Made by a program: the position numbers and the translations under genes
Shown: one piece after another, positions 9,594 to 18,988 of the stretch
Layout: every line of letters starts with the position of its first letter
Position numbering within the stretch: position 1 is the stretch's first letter
The notes under the pieces: generated by a model
The model's database searches: none
What the model was told of the DNA's origin: nothing
The model's input: only the letters and a program-made list of their open reading frames with translations
NCBI GenBank assembly: GCA_963727625.1
Contig: CAVSHR010000004.1
Location: 128,001 to 192,000 of the forward strand
Reading direction: 5' to 3'
DNA from: an uncultured delta proteobacterium
GTDB taxonomy: Bacteria; Desulfobacterota; Binatia; UBA9968
Length of the DNA: 64,000 bases

Positions 9594-12077
9594 ATGGGCG
9601 ACCGAACCTGGCAGAGTCGGCTAATTTTCCTTGTCCCGGGGTTGTGTGTCCTTGTCCTGGTCGGACAGACATTTCTTTTCACCGGTCGCTGGTTGAGCGA
9701 GCCCTTTCCCGGTTTTTTTGTTTATAAAAACTTGACGGTGGGGCCGTATTACGCGCCGGGGTGGACTGGCGCCGGAACGGGTTTGCGCTCGCTGGACCAG
9801 ATCGCCCGTATCGACGGGCGACAGGTGCGCAAGCGCGCGGAGCTTTATGATACAGTCCACCGCGCCCCCGCGGGCTCGCTGTTTCGATACCAGGTGCGGC
9901 GCGATGGTCAGACCATGGAATTGACGATCCCGTCGATGAACTTCGGCTTGCGTGATTGGTTTCTGAGCTTCGGCCTCTATACCGTGATCGGTCTGGCCTT
10001 TCTACTCATCGGCATGGCGCCCTATTTCTACCGGGCTTCGGCTGCCGTGGCGCTGCCGTTAGGATTTATGGTCTTGATGGTCTTCGTTTGGTTTCAAACC
10101 ACCTTTGATTTTGTGACCGATGGCGTGCTGCCCAAGGAGTTGCGCATCTTCGCGTTGACGTTGACGCCGAGCGCGGCGATTCACTTGGCGTTGCTGCTTA
10201 AGAACATGAACCTCGCGCCATCAGTCAGACCTTTTTCTCTTGCGGCCATCTACGGAATCGGCGCGGTTCTCGGAACGCTCAACAGCCTGACATTTTTTGC
10301 GGCGCCGCGAATTTGGCTCCCGATCTATCGCAGCGCCTATATTTTTGTTTGCATCGGCGCCGTAACGTTTCTCTGGATTGTCGGCCAATCCTTGCGCCGC
10401 GCCCAATCCGGTCTTGATCGCTCGCGCCTGCGCGTGATGTTCGTCGGCGCCTTGGTCGGATTTTTGGTTCCCGCAATGATGACCGTGGTAGCCAGTGTGT
10501 TCGACTTGCCGATTCCATTTAATGTCGCTTTGATACCGACGATCATGTTCCCCATATCCATCGCCTACGCATTGTTGAAATACAGCTTGTTCGACCTAGG
10601 CAATGCCTTGAAAGTCGCGGTGAGCCGCTTCGGCCTGTTCGCTTTGTTGATCGCCATCTATTCGGTCGTGGCGTTCCTAATGGCGCCGTGGGCCGGTCAG
10701 TATGCCAAAGACCCGCTCGTGCCGGTCTTCTTCTCGATTCTCGTCGTGGCGATTTTTAATCCACTGCTACGCTCGCTGGAGCGCGTCGTTGATCGGTACA
10801 TTTATAGGCAGGCCTATGATCCCGCCAAGGTTCAAAGCGAAGTTAGTCTGTTTCTTCGCACCCTCGACGACGCGCCGGCCTTAGCAGAAGGATTTATCCA
10901 GCGGATCACCCGGCCGTTGGGGATCGCCGAGGCCTGCGTGTTGTATCGCGCCAAAAACATGAACGAGTTTTTAACCGGGTCGACCCGGTCCTCATCACCA
11001 ATGGCCGTTACCGTTGCCGGAGCATACGACGCGGTTGCTGAACTGCTGGAGCGCGCCACCGATCGGGGCATTTCGCCCGGCGAAGTGACGACCAGCCCGC
11101 GCTATCGAGACAAAAAAGAGCAGTTTCTAGCGATATTCGATCAATGCAAAGCGGCGTTTTTTATACCGATGGTCTATATGCGCGAAGTACGGGGCGTGGT
11201 CTGTTGCGGCGCCAAACGCTCGGGCCAGGAATACAGCGGCGAGGATCTGCGCCTCTTGGTGACGTTGACCGACCAGCTGGCTCTGTCATTGGAAAACGGC
11301 CGGCTCTACCAGGAGTCGGTTGAGGCGCGGCAAAAGGCCGAGGCGAGCAACAAAAGGCTGCTCGAGATGGATCGCATCAAGAAAGATTTTGTCGCGAATA
11401 TTTGCCACGAGTTGCGCACTCCGGTCAGCACGATCATCGGTTACAGCGAAGTTCTCAGCGATCCAGGGTTTACGGGCGATCCGCGGGAAATGCTCAACCG
11501 CCTGGTCAATAACGGCCAGGAGCTGTCGAAGCTGATGGACAATCTGATGAATTTTTCGCGGATGGAGACGGACGGGCCCGCGGCCCAATTTGAGCTCGTC
11601 AAGCTCAAGGAAATCTTGACCGCCCTGGAGCTGATGACCCAGCGGCTTATTCGCGAGCGGCCGATTCAATTTGGGATTCATCTAGACGCCGCGGTGGATA
11701 CCATTGAAAGCGACGGCCAAAAGCTTCAGCAAATCCTGGTTCAGCTCTTGACCAACGCGCTCAAGTTTACCGAGAAAGGGCGCATCGAGCTGTCGATCCG
11801 CATGCGCGGCGACGCCGGTCGCGACCTTTTGGAAATCGCCGTCGCCGATACCGGCATCGGCATCAAACGCGAAGACCAGGAAATAATCTTCGACGATTTT
11901 CGCCAACTCGAAGATTCTTCGACACGGCGGTACGGCGGCACCGGTCTCGGACTCGGCTTATGTAAGAAACTGGCCGCTGCCCTGGGCGGCGAAATCCAGG
12001 TGGCCAGCGAATACGGCGTCGGCAGCGTGTTCAGCTTGCTCTTGCCGATCCGGATGGGGGAAATCGCCGCGGCGTGA
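9594..12077 (+). CDS. Membrane sensor histidine kinase (PDZ-like, multi-TM, GAF, HisKA, HATPase)
   Basis: H-box ICHELRTP, N-box LLTNALKFT, G boxes DTGIGI and GGTGLGL; PDZ-like GLRSLDQIARIDG; GAF-like segment ending LALSLENGRLY. Confidence 0.92.
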   Translation: MGDRTWQSRLIFLVPGLCVLVLVGQTFLFTGRWLSEPFPGFFVYKNLTVGPYYAPGWTGAGTGLRSLDQIARIDGRQVRKRAELYDTVHRAPAGSLFRYQVRRDGQTMELTIPSMNFGLRDWFLSFGLYTVIGLAFLLIGMAPYFYRASAAVALPLGFMVLMVFVWFQTTFDFVTDGVLPKELRIFALTLTPSAAIHLALLLKNMNLAPSVRPFSLAAIYGIGAVLGTLNSLTFFAAPRIWLPIYRSAYIFVCIGAVTFLWIVGQSLRRAQSGLDRSRLRVMFVGALVGFLVPAMMTVVASVFDLPIPFNVALIPTIMFPISIAYALLKYSLFDLGNALKVAVSRFGLFALLIAIYSVVAFLMAPWAGQYAKDPLVPVFFSILVVAIFNPLLRSLERVVDRYIYRQAYDPAKVQSEVSLFLRTLDDAPALAEGFIQRITRPLGIAEACVLYRAKNMNEFLTGSTRSSSPMAVTVAGAYDAVAELLERATDRGISPGEVTTSPRYRDKKEQFLAIFDQCKAAFFIPMVYMREVRGVVCCGAKRSGQEYSGEDLRLLVTLTDQLALSLENGRLYQESVEARQKAEASNKRLLEMDRIKKDFVANICHELRTPVSTIIGYSEVLSDPGFTGDPREMLNRLVNNGQELSKLMDNLMNFSRMETDGPAAQFELVKLKEILTALELMTQRLIRERPIQFGIHLDAAVDTIESDGQKLQQILVQLLTNALKFTEKGRIELSIRMRGDAGRDLLEIAVADTGIGIKREDQEIIFDDFRQLEDSSTRRYGGTGLGLGLCKKLAAALGGEIQVASEYGVGSVFSLLLPIRMGEIAAA

Positions 12078-12165
12078 CGGCGCTAGTTTAGGCAAGGTTC
12101 TCCCTATAATTTTATCCGAGAGCTGTGCTAGGGTACCGGCAGTTTTTCAAGGGAAGGACGTTGAG

Positions 12166-12363
12166 ATGATGCCGCAATTGCGCCAGTTGGTGATCGCCGC
12201 CGAAGATCCGAAGCGCAGCAATGAAGAGATGCAAGCGCGGGAGGAGAAGGCCGGGGTACGTCGGGGCACGGCGCGGCCGGCGCGCATTCCGTTCGCCGAG
12301 TACCGTACCCACGACCCGGAAGGCAACGGCATCGATATCTCGCAGAAGGGGTGGAAAGTCTAA
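12166..12363 (+). pseudogene. Internally deleted VOC/glyoxalase gene
   Basis: N-terminus LRQLVIAAEDP is joined in frame to C-terminus PFAEYRTHDPEGNGIDISQKGW; only 65 aa. Confidence 0.6.
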
Positions 12364-12370
12364 AGCCAGG

Positions 12371-12402
12371 GGTTCCAATCGTTCAAATCGTTCAAGCCGA
12401 TC
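12371..12402. repeat. 32-bp repeat built from 9-mers (GTTCMAATC-like), left arm of an inverted pair
   Basis: GGTTCCAATCGTTCAAATCGTTCAAGCCGATC matches the reverse complement of 13215-13246 at 28/32. Confidence 0.8.
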
Positions 12403-12462
12403 AAAACGTTGCTTAATCCGTATTAGATTGCTGGAAAGCTTTCAACCATAGGTAATCTCGAA

Positions 12463-13116
12463 ATGGCGGTTAATAGCGAAGAGTTTTTGCAAGAAATATT
12501 AGCGCCGGTGCAGGAGTTTTGCCGAACGCTCGACGCCAATCCGCCGGCCTACAGCTATATCCCATTACGCACGGACGCAGAGCGCATCCGCGTGATGCAG
12601 AGCCGACTGTACAATGAGTTGCGCGCGGCTGATCTTTTTGGCACGTGGCTCAAGACCACGCCGGAGCTGGATGTCAAAGCGACGATGGCGGAGTCGGCCC
12701 ATGAAGAGATGGTCCACGCGCAGCTCTTGTCCAAGCGCATTCGCGATCTCGGCGCCGAGCCTTTTGACTACAAGCCGCTGCCGGCGCAAATTGCCATGTT
12801 CAACGCCATGGAAGGGCTCAATGATACATGCGAACGTGTCGCCGGTTTGTCTCTGGCGGGGGAAACCGTGGCCAATTACCTTATTCAAATGTGCCTTAAA
12901 TCCACGGATGTGCCGGAGTGGATCAAGCAGCCCTATCGAAAGATCACCGAAGACGAAGAAGGGCATGGCAGGGTGCCGCAGCACTTCCTCAAGCTCTACG
13001 CCAATACGGAAGACCGCCAGGACCGCGTGCGCCGCGCCGTGGCGATGCGCATGGTGCTGTTCCGCGAGTATCTCGCCAGTCTGGATCGCTGGTCGATGGG
13101 CAAAGATCGCTGGTAA
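12463..13116 (+). CDS. Ferritin-like diiron-carboxylate protein
   Basis: E...EEMVH and E...EDEEGH ligand pattern. Confidence 0.8.
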   Translation: MAVNSEEFLQEILAPVQEFCRTLDANPPAYSYIPLRTDAERIRVMQSRLYNELRAADLFGTWLKTTPELDVKATMAESAHEEMVHAQLLSKRIRDLGAEPFDYKPLPAQIAMFNAMEGLNDTCERVAGLSLAGETVANYLIQMCLKSTDVPEWIKQPYRKITEDEEGHGRVPQHFLKLYANTEDRQDRVRRAVAMRMVLFREYLASLDRWSMGKDRW

Positions 13117-13214
13117 GCGTTCCGGTCATTCGACACACCGGAACCGTCACTCAGCGGGCTCCACGGCATGCTATTCGGGGCAGAGTCTAGTCCATTTGGC
13201 TTTATCAATGTCCG

Positions 13215-13246
13215 GATCGGTTTGAACGTCTGGAACGATTGGAACC
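13215..13246. repeat. 32-bp repeat, right arm of the inverted pair
   Basis: GATCGGTTTGAACGTCTGGAACGATTGGAACC is the reverse complement of 12371-12402 with 4 mismatches. Confidence 0.8.
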
Positions 13247-13320
13247 GTTGCCAGGCAGATTCCCTTGAAGCGTGGCGGCGAATTTCGCTATATCGAACTG
13301 AAACCTTTTTGGAGGGCAGA

Positions 13321-14256
13321 ATGAAAATCCTATTCTTCGATGACTTCAAGTTAGGTGTCCTGAGCGGCGACACCGTAGTCGACCTCTGGTCCCTGGTTCA
13401 GGAGATTCCCCACACCGGGCCGCATAATCTCATCGGCGGCTTGATCGAGCGGTTCGGTGAATATCGGGCAGGGCTGGAAAAAGCTGCGGCGAGCGGAAAG
13501 GGAGTTCCGCTCAAAAATGTGCGCATCCGTCCGCCGCTGCCGCGGCCAGTCAACATCGACTGCATGGCGGTGAATTATATGGAAGACGGCACGCGCAAAG
13601 AGCCGGCGCCGATCAATGCATTCCACAAGTCGCCCGGCTGTGTTATCGGCGACAACGACACCATGGTGCTGCCCGATGTGCCGGCGACGATCTTCGAGGG
13701 AGAAGCAGAGATTGCGGTGGTGATCGGTAAACGAGCCGCCAACGTGCCCGCGGCCCAGGCGATGGAGCATGTGTTCGGTTATATGAACTTCATCGACGGC
13801 TCGGCGCGCGGTCTGCCGCCGTCGGGCAATACTTTTTATCAGATGAAGTCGCGCGAGACCTTCGCGCCGATGGGTCCGTTCCTCGTGACCTCCGATGAGA
13901 TCAAAGACCCGCATAACCTGCAAGTGCAGCTATGGAACAACGGCACACTGATGCAAAACTACAACAGCAGCGACATGGCGCATAAGATCCCGCGCTGCAT
14001 CGAGTGGATCTCCTCGATTCATCCGCTCGAGCCCGGCGACGTGCTCGCTTGTGGGACCAATCATCGCGGCTTGAATCCATTTCAGGACGGCGATTTTATC
14101 GAGCTCGAGACCAAACCCCTCGGGCGATTACGCGTGCAGATCCGCGACGATCTCAAACGCACCTGGGCCAGGGAGACGCGATTACAGCGACAGGAGAAAG
14201 GGCTGGAAGGGCACACGCCGCAGCTTACCGGGAAGTATGCGAAGACAACCGGGTAG
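13321..14256 (+). CDS. Fumarylacetoacetate hydrolase family protein
   Basis: FEGEAEIAVVIGK, D-G-SAR, KSRETFAPMGP and LEPGDVLACGT; GGAGG RBS before ATG 13321. Confidence 0.92.
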   Translation: MKILFFDDFKLGVLSGDTVVDLWSLVQEIPHTGPHNLIGGLIERFGEYRAGLEKAAASGKGVPLKNVRIRPPLPRPVNIDCMAVNYMEDGTRKEPAPINAFHKSPGCVIGDNDTMVLPDVPATIFEGEAEIAVVIGKRAANVPAAQAMEHVFGYMNFIDGSARGLPPSGNTFYQMKSRETFAPMGPFLVTSDEIKDPHNLQVQLWNNGTLMQNYNSSDMAHKIPRCIEWISSIHPLEPGDVLACGTNHRGLNPFQDGDFIELETKPLGRLRVQIRDDLKRTWARETRLQRQEKGLEGHTPQLTGKYAKTTG

Positions 14257-14266
14257 ACCAGTCGGA

Positions 14267-14294
14267 TTGGAGCGCTGGAGCATTGGAGGGTTGG
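14267..14294. repeat. Intergenic 8-mer tandem repeat (YTGGAGSR-like)
   Basis: TTGGAGCG CTGGAGCA TTGGAGGG TTGG immediately after the FAH stop. Confidence 0.5.
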
Positions 14295-14351
14295 TTCATA
14301 CCGAGAGGCGGGACCGCGAGTCCAAGTGAAACCTTTTGTTTGGAGGTGACC

Positions 14352-14879
14352 ATGGCGGCAGTAACCGGGCTCGGGCATGTCGGCATCTACGTGCGTGACT
14401 TGGAACGGATGGTCGCGTTTTATCGCGACACGCTCGGTATGCGCATCACGAAGCAGAATTGGCGCGCCGGGATTGTCTTCTTGAGCGCTGATCCCGCCGC
14501 CGATCACGAGATCGCGCTTTTTCGCGGGCGCCCGGACGACGCAGATTCCCGCTTGATCAATCAGATTTCGCTGCGCGTCGCGACGCTCGACGATCTCCGC
14601 GCGATGCATCGGCGATTGCTAGCCGCAGGCCTGCGCATCGATGCCCTGGTCAATCACGTGAGCGCGCTCGGCTGTTATTATTTCGATCCGGAGGGCAATC
14701 GCTCGGAAGTGTTTTGGGTGACGGGGAGAGCCTGCTGGGTTCCGATCGCGCACCTGATCGACATCGAGCAGCCGGACGAGGCGGTTTTGGCCGAAATCGA
14801 TAAACTCTGGGAGCGGCTGCGTCACGTCGGCATGGGTGAGCGGATGGCCAACGAGCCGGCGTCGCTTCAGCTCGATTAA
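14352..14879 (+). CDS. VOC family protein (glyoxalase/extradiol dioxygenase-like)
   Basis: LGHVGIYVRDL...FY, DHEIAL and YYFDPEGNRSEV; GGAGG RBS. Confidence 0.88.
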   Translation: MAAVTGLGHVGIYVRDLERMVAFYRDTLGMRITKQNWRAGIVFLSADPAADHEIALFRGRPDDADSRLINQISLRVATLDDLRAMHRRLLAAGLRIDALVNHVSALGCYYFDPEGNRSEVFWVTGRACWVPIAHLIDIEQPDEAVLAEIDKLWERLRHVGMGERMANEPASLQLD

Positions 14880-14965
14880 AAATTCCCAGAACAGGCAGCT
14901 CATAGCTCCTCAGCGATGAGTCTGTTCCTCGGGTGACACTGGAATCCAAAGCATCGGAGGTTTTT

Positions 14966-15667
14966 ATGGCTCAACAAGAAATTGCATTGGTCGTCGGTTC
15001 AGGCCCGGGGCTCAGCGCCTCGTTGGCCCGGTTGTTCAAAAAAGAGGGAATGTCGGTCGCCGTCGCTGCGCGCGAGATCAAGAAACTGGACGGCTTGGTC
15101 AAAGAAATCGACGGGCGGGCTTATCCCTGCAACGCCAGCGTGCCCGAAGACGTGGAGCAGTTATTCAATTCGGTCAGCAAGGATATCGGCGCGCCTAATC
15201 TCGTAGTCTATAACGCCAGCGGAAGAGTACGCGGGCCGCTGGCCGAGCTCGATCCCGAAGAGGTGCGCAAGACCATTATGATCACTTGCTACGGCGGTTT
15301 TCTGGTGGGGCAGGCGGCGGCTAAACGAATGCTTCAGGCCGGCGGCGGGACGATCCTTTTCACCGGTGCGTCCGCGAGCGTCAAGGGATACGCCAATTCG
15401 GCCGCATTCGCCATGGGCAAGATGGGATTGACCGGACTGGTGCAGAGCATGGCGCGGGAGCTGCAGCCGCAAAATATTCACGTGGCTCAGGTGGTCATCG
15501 ACGGCGGCATTCACAACCCGGCGCGCGCCGAGAGGAACACGGCGCGGGGACCTGACGGCACGCTTGCTCCCGACGCCATCGCAGAGACCTATCTTCATTT
15601 GCATCGCCAGCACCGCAGCTCCTGGGCGTCGCAGATTGAACTGCGCCCCTGGTGCGAGAAATTTTAG
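14966..15667 (+). CDS. Short-chain dehydrogenase/reductase
   Basis: GSGPGLS, YNAS, TGASAS and FAMGK; GGAGG RBS. Confidence 0.9.
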   Translation: MAQQEIALVVGSGPGLSASLARLFKKEGMSVAVAAREIKKLDGLVKEIDGRAYPCNASVPEDVEQLFNSVSKDIGAPNLVVYNASGRVRGPLAELDPEEVRKTIMITCYGGFLVGQAAAKRMLQAGGGTILFTGASASVKGYANSAAFAMGKMGLTGLVQSMARELQPQNIHVAQVVIDGGIHNPARAERNTARGPDGTLAPDAIAETYLHLHRQHRSSWASQIELRPWCEKF

Positions 15668-15885
15668 CCCGCGCGAGGGTCGATATAGGTCGTTTGACGT
15701 CGGTCTCGCTGCATTTCGGTGCGTGAAGAAATGTCATCGACCTTGGTCCGTCCCGCAACCGGAGGTTGCGGCCGTGTTGTGCAAGTTCAAGCGCTATTCT
15801 ACTATTCAGTTGATCCTGTTGGCAGGTAGAGACGATTACCAACGACCCAATGATTAGAGTCAAGGCACAGGGCGACTGACAAACA

Positions 15886-16809
15886 ATGGCCAGTTTTCAG
15901 GCCAAATTGGTTCGATCCAAGTTTCGAATGCTAGTCGCAATCCTTACCGGTGTCGCGGCATTGATCGGCGGCGGTTGTAATCTCGTGCTCGAGCCGATCG
16001 AGCAGCGTTTCCTGTTTCGTCCCTGGAGTGCAGACCCGGCGCAGCTTTCGTTGGTTGCGTCGCGCGGCAACGGTATCGAAGAAGTGCACCTCAAAACACC
16101 GGACGGCGTGACCCTGCACGGCTGGCTCAAGCATCCCGAAGCGGCACGGGCCGGTGGACGTTTTCCCTTGGTGATCGTCTTGGGTGGCGTGCGCCGCGAA
16201 ACTTCTTGGCTGATCGATCGCGCCGGCAAGTCCGAGCGCTGGGGCTGGCTGTTCGTCAATTACCGCGGCTTTGGTCTTTCCGAAGGCGAGCCCTCCGAGC
16301 GAGTCATCTTAAAAGACACAAGGCTTATTTACGACTACGCTGCCGCACGGCCCGACGTGGATGCTTCGAGCATCGTTGTGCTCGGCCGCAGCCTTGGCAC
16401 CTATTTCACCGTCGCTCTCGCGAAAACACGCCGCCTGCACGGCGCAATCCTCGCCACCCCGTTCGACAGTTTCGCCGCGCTCGGCGAAGAACGTTATCCG
16501 TGGCTGCCGGTCGGACTGATCCTTGGTGGGCGCTACGACGCCGCGGCAATGGCGCCGAAAATCAATATACCGGCGCTTTTTATTCTAGCCGAAAACGACA
16601 GCGTCACGCCGGTCAAAAACGGAGAGGCGCTTGCTCGTGCCTGGGGCGGGCCGCAACACACCGTCAGGCTCGCGGGGGCGCGACACTATGGGATCGAGCG
16701 GAGCGATGAGTTCTGGAACGCAGTCGGGGATTTCCTGCTCGAGATCGAGTCGAGCCCCCCACCGCTTAACGGACATGTATTGGACGCCGCCGCGCGGGCT
16801 GGCGAGTAG
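15886..16809 (+). CDS. Alpha/beta hydrolase (ABHD13/Bem46-like)
   Basis: NYRGFGLSEGEPSE, nucleophile GRSLG, and Asp (ENDSV) and His (ARHY) triad candidates. Confidence 0.85.
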   Translation: MASFQAKLVRSKFRMLVAILTGVAALIGGGCNLVLEPIEQRFLFRPWSADPAQLSLVASRGNGIEEVHLKTPDGVTLHGWLKHPEAARAGGRFPLVIVLGGVRRETSWLIDRAGKSERWGWLFVNYRGFGLSEGEPSERVILKDTRLIYDYAAARPDVDASSIVVLGRSLGTYFTVALAKTRRLHGAILATPFDSFAALGEERYPWLPVGLILGGRYDAAAMAPKINIPALFILAENDSVTPVKNGEALARAWGGPQHTVRLAGARHYGIERSDEFWNAVGDFLLEIESSPPPLNGHVLDAAARAGE

Positions 16810-16929
16810 CCTAAACTTTCCGAGTTATTTTTTCGAGTTGCCAATCGCGGGTGTGCGATGAAGCTGCGTTTCTGATTTTATCGCGCGTCAATAACCTTTC
16901 ATTTCAGATTCAATGTTGATTCTGGTCTC

Positions 16930-17835
16930 TTGAAGATCATTGTACTGCGCGATTCCTGGCGTTCCCATCCACTGGCGTGGATCCACCGCGCCGAGACTCA
17001 ATCCATGTTTTTCGAGCTGTGTGATGCCGGACACAACCTCAACCTGATGCGATTCAGGGGTAAGCCGGTCGCGAACCCGTCCGCCGATGCGATTCTTCTC
17101 CGACTTTCGGATCCGATCATGCGCGCGGCCGTCCAAGCATTCACCTGCGCCGGCGTGCCGTTCGTAGTGCCGAGCGCGGCTGTGTTCGAACGGTGTTTCG
17201 ATAAATACGAAGCGTATCGAATAACTGATGCCGGCGGCATCGAGTGCCCGAAGACCGCGCTTGGGAGCGACCCGGACGCTGTCGCATTTCCGTTAGTGCT
17301 CAAACCCCGGCTTGGTTCCGATTCGATCGGTATAAAGCTCTGGAAAAAGGCGCCGCTTCCGGCGCGGCTTCGAAACGATGGCTACGTCGTACAGCGGCAG
17401 GTGCGGGGCGCGGAGTTGACCGTCGCCGTATTTCGCGATCGTGCGGGTATGCCGTTGCGCATCTTTGTGCCGGAAGGAATGCCGTATTCGGTCACTCGCA
17501 AATATCTATGGCGCCCGGCACCTGCGGCGGTTACCGACAATTCCCTGGCAGAGCGGGTGCGTAGCTCGGCGCTCACGCTCGCCGGGCTCTTGGGTGTCGA
17601 TTGGGGCGCGCGCGTCGACTTGATTCACGACGCTGTATCCGACCGGCTGTACTTTCTCGAATGCGATGTTGCGCCCCTCGTCGGCGCAGGGTCGGCGTTT
17701 GCCGCCAGCTTCCGGGCGGCTGGGGTCGACCGTGCGGAACAGTTGCGGATGTTGGTGAGCGAAATCCCGAGTAGCGTGAGCTCGATGGAAATGCGGCTCA
17801 CAATCGGAAAGAGTAAACCGGGAACTTACCCATAA
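16930..17835 (+). CDS. ATP-grasp protein (D-Ala-D-Ala ligase-like)
   Basis: CFDKY, FPLVLKPRLGSDSIG, ELTVAV, ARVD and YFLE motifs. Confidence 0.75.
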   Translation: MKIIVLRDSWRSHPLAWIHRAETQSMFFELCDAGHNLNLMRFRGKPVANPSADAILLRLSDPIMRAAVQAFTCAGVPFVVPSAAVFERCFDKYEAYRITDAGGIECPKTALGSDPDAVAFPLVLKPRLGSDSIGIKLWKKAPLPARLRNDGYVVQRQVRGAELTVAVFRDRAGMPLRIFVPEGMPYSVTRKYLWRPAPAAVTDNSLAERVRSSALTLAGLLGVDWGARVDLIHDAVSDRLYFLECDVAPLVGAGSAFAASFRAAGVDRAEQLRMLVSEIPSSVSSMEMRLTIGKSKPGTYP

Positions 17836-18627
17836 ATGACTCCAGACGATCCGAATGCGAACGCACGATGTGGCCGGAACTCTATGCTTAATTCTCGCCT
17901 ACCTTTGCTATCACTTTTTTTCCTAATAGTGCTCGCGTGGTTTTGGCCCGTGAGACCCTTGGCCGCAAGTGGCCCAGCCGATAGCGCATATCGCCAAGGA
18001 GGGTTGGAAAGGTTCGAACGCGGCTTGGCGAGAGTCCAACCTCTATTGACGCGCTACGGTTATGGCGCAGTAACGGTGGCCATTTTGGTGGAAGGGATGG
18101 GGATCCCCGCGCCCGGGCAGACTTTGCTTATTGCCAGCGCGTTAGAAGCGGCCGGCGGTAGAATGCATATCGCTTGGATACTGATGCTCGCAACCCTAGC
18201 GGCATTCATCGGAAACAGCATCGGGTACGCCATCGGGCGTTGGGGCGGCCACGCTGTGCTTCGTAAGCTCAATGTCTATCTGGAGCGTCAGGGTCGCCTC
18301 GAAGATCTCTTTAGGCGGCGCGGCGGTATCGTCGTCTTGCTCGCCCGCTTTGTCGACGGTCTGAGACAGATGAACGGCATCGCCGCGGGTATCTTGCGAA
18401 TGCCCTGGTGGGCGTTTGCGGCGTACAACGTCGCCGGCGCGATCCTTTGGACATTCGCTTGGGGCCTTGGCGCCTACTATCTGGAACGTGATATTCACAT
18501 GCTCGCGGGATTGTTTCAGCGGCATCATCGAATTTTGTACATGCTTGCGAGCGCAGCGTTGCTCTTGCTGGTCATTTACTTACTGCGACGTGGAAAGTCG
18601 CAAGAACCAGGAGAAAGAGATGCTTGA
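17836..18627 (+). CDS. DedA family membrane protein
   Basis: EGMGIPAPGQ, GNSIGYAIGRWGG, ARFVDGLR and AG..RMPW. Confidence 0.9.
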   Translation: MTPDDPNANARCGRNSMLNSRLPLLSLFFLIVLAWFWPVRPLAASGPADSAYRQGGLERFERGLARVQPLLTRYGYGAVTVAILVEGMGIPAPGQTLLIASALEAAGGRMHIAWILMLATLAAFIGNSIGYAIGRWGGHAVLRKLNVYLERQGRLEDLFRRRGGIVVLLARFVDGLRQMNGIAAGILRMPWWAFAAYNVAGAILWTFAWGLGAYYLERDIHMLAGLFQRHHRILYMLASAALLLLVIYLLRRGKSQEPGERDA

Positions 18628-18960
18628 ACTCTACCATGGGACAACTTCGGTCTGTGCGTAAAAAGGTAAGGCTGAGTCTGGCTGAAAAGGGGTTGGAGTG
18701 GCAGGGCCGGATCTTTCGCTCGCGGACATCGCTGCGACCCCTACATGACGTGGCTCGAAATGCTGCGGTTGTCCCCCATGTGGGACAAAAGGCCCGGGGA
18801 CGCCAAATGGTGGGAGCGCATCAAGGCTCGGCCGTCCTATGAAAGCGCAATCACGAAATGGTTGCGATCCCAGGACATCGCGCGCTACGAGAAAATGGCC
18901 GATCCGTGGGGCGACGTGCGCAGAAACCTGGTGGCGGTGGAAGCGGGCGGGGCAAACTGA
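18620..18960 (+). pseudogene. Glutathione S-transferase pseudogene (stop/frameshift plus internal deletion)
   Basis: MLELYHGTTSVCA* then, in a shifted frame, KVRLSLAEKGLEW, jumping directly to the C-terminal SLADIAATPYMTWLE...WWERIKARPSY. Confidence 0.75.
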
Positions 18961-18988
18961 GCCCAGCGCGGTCGTGTGCGTACCGCGA

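Noticed and set aside
18650-18665. Stop after SVCA in the GST as recoding
   Set aside because: The codon is TAA and comes with a frameshift and a deletion.
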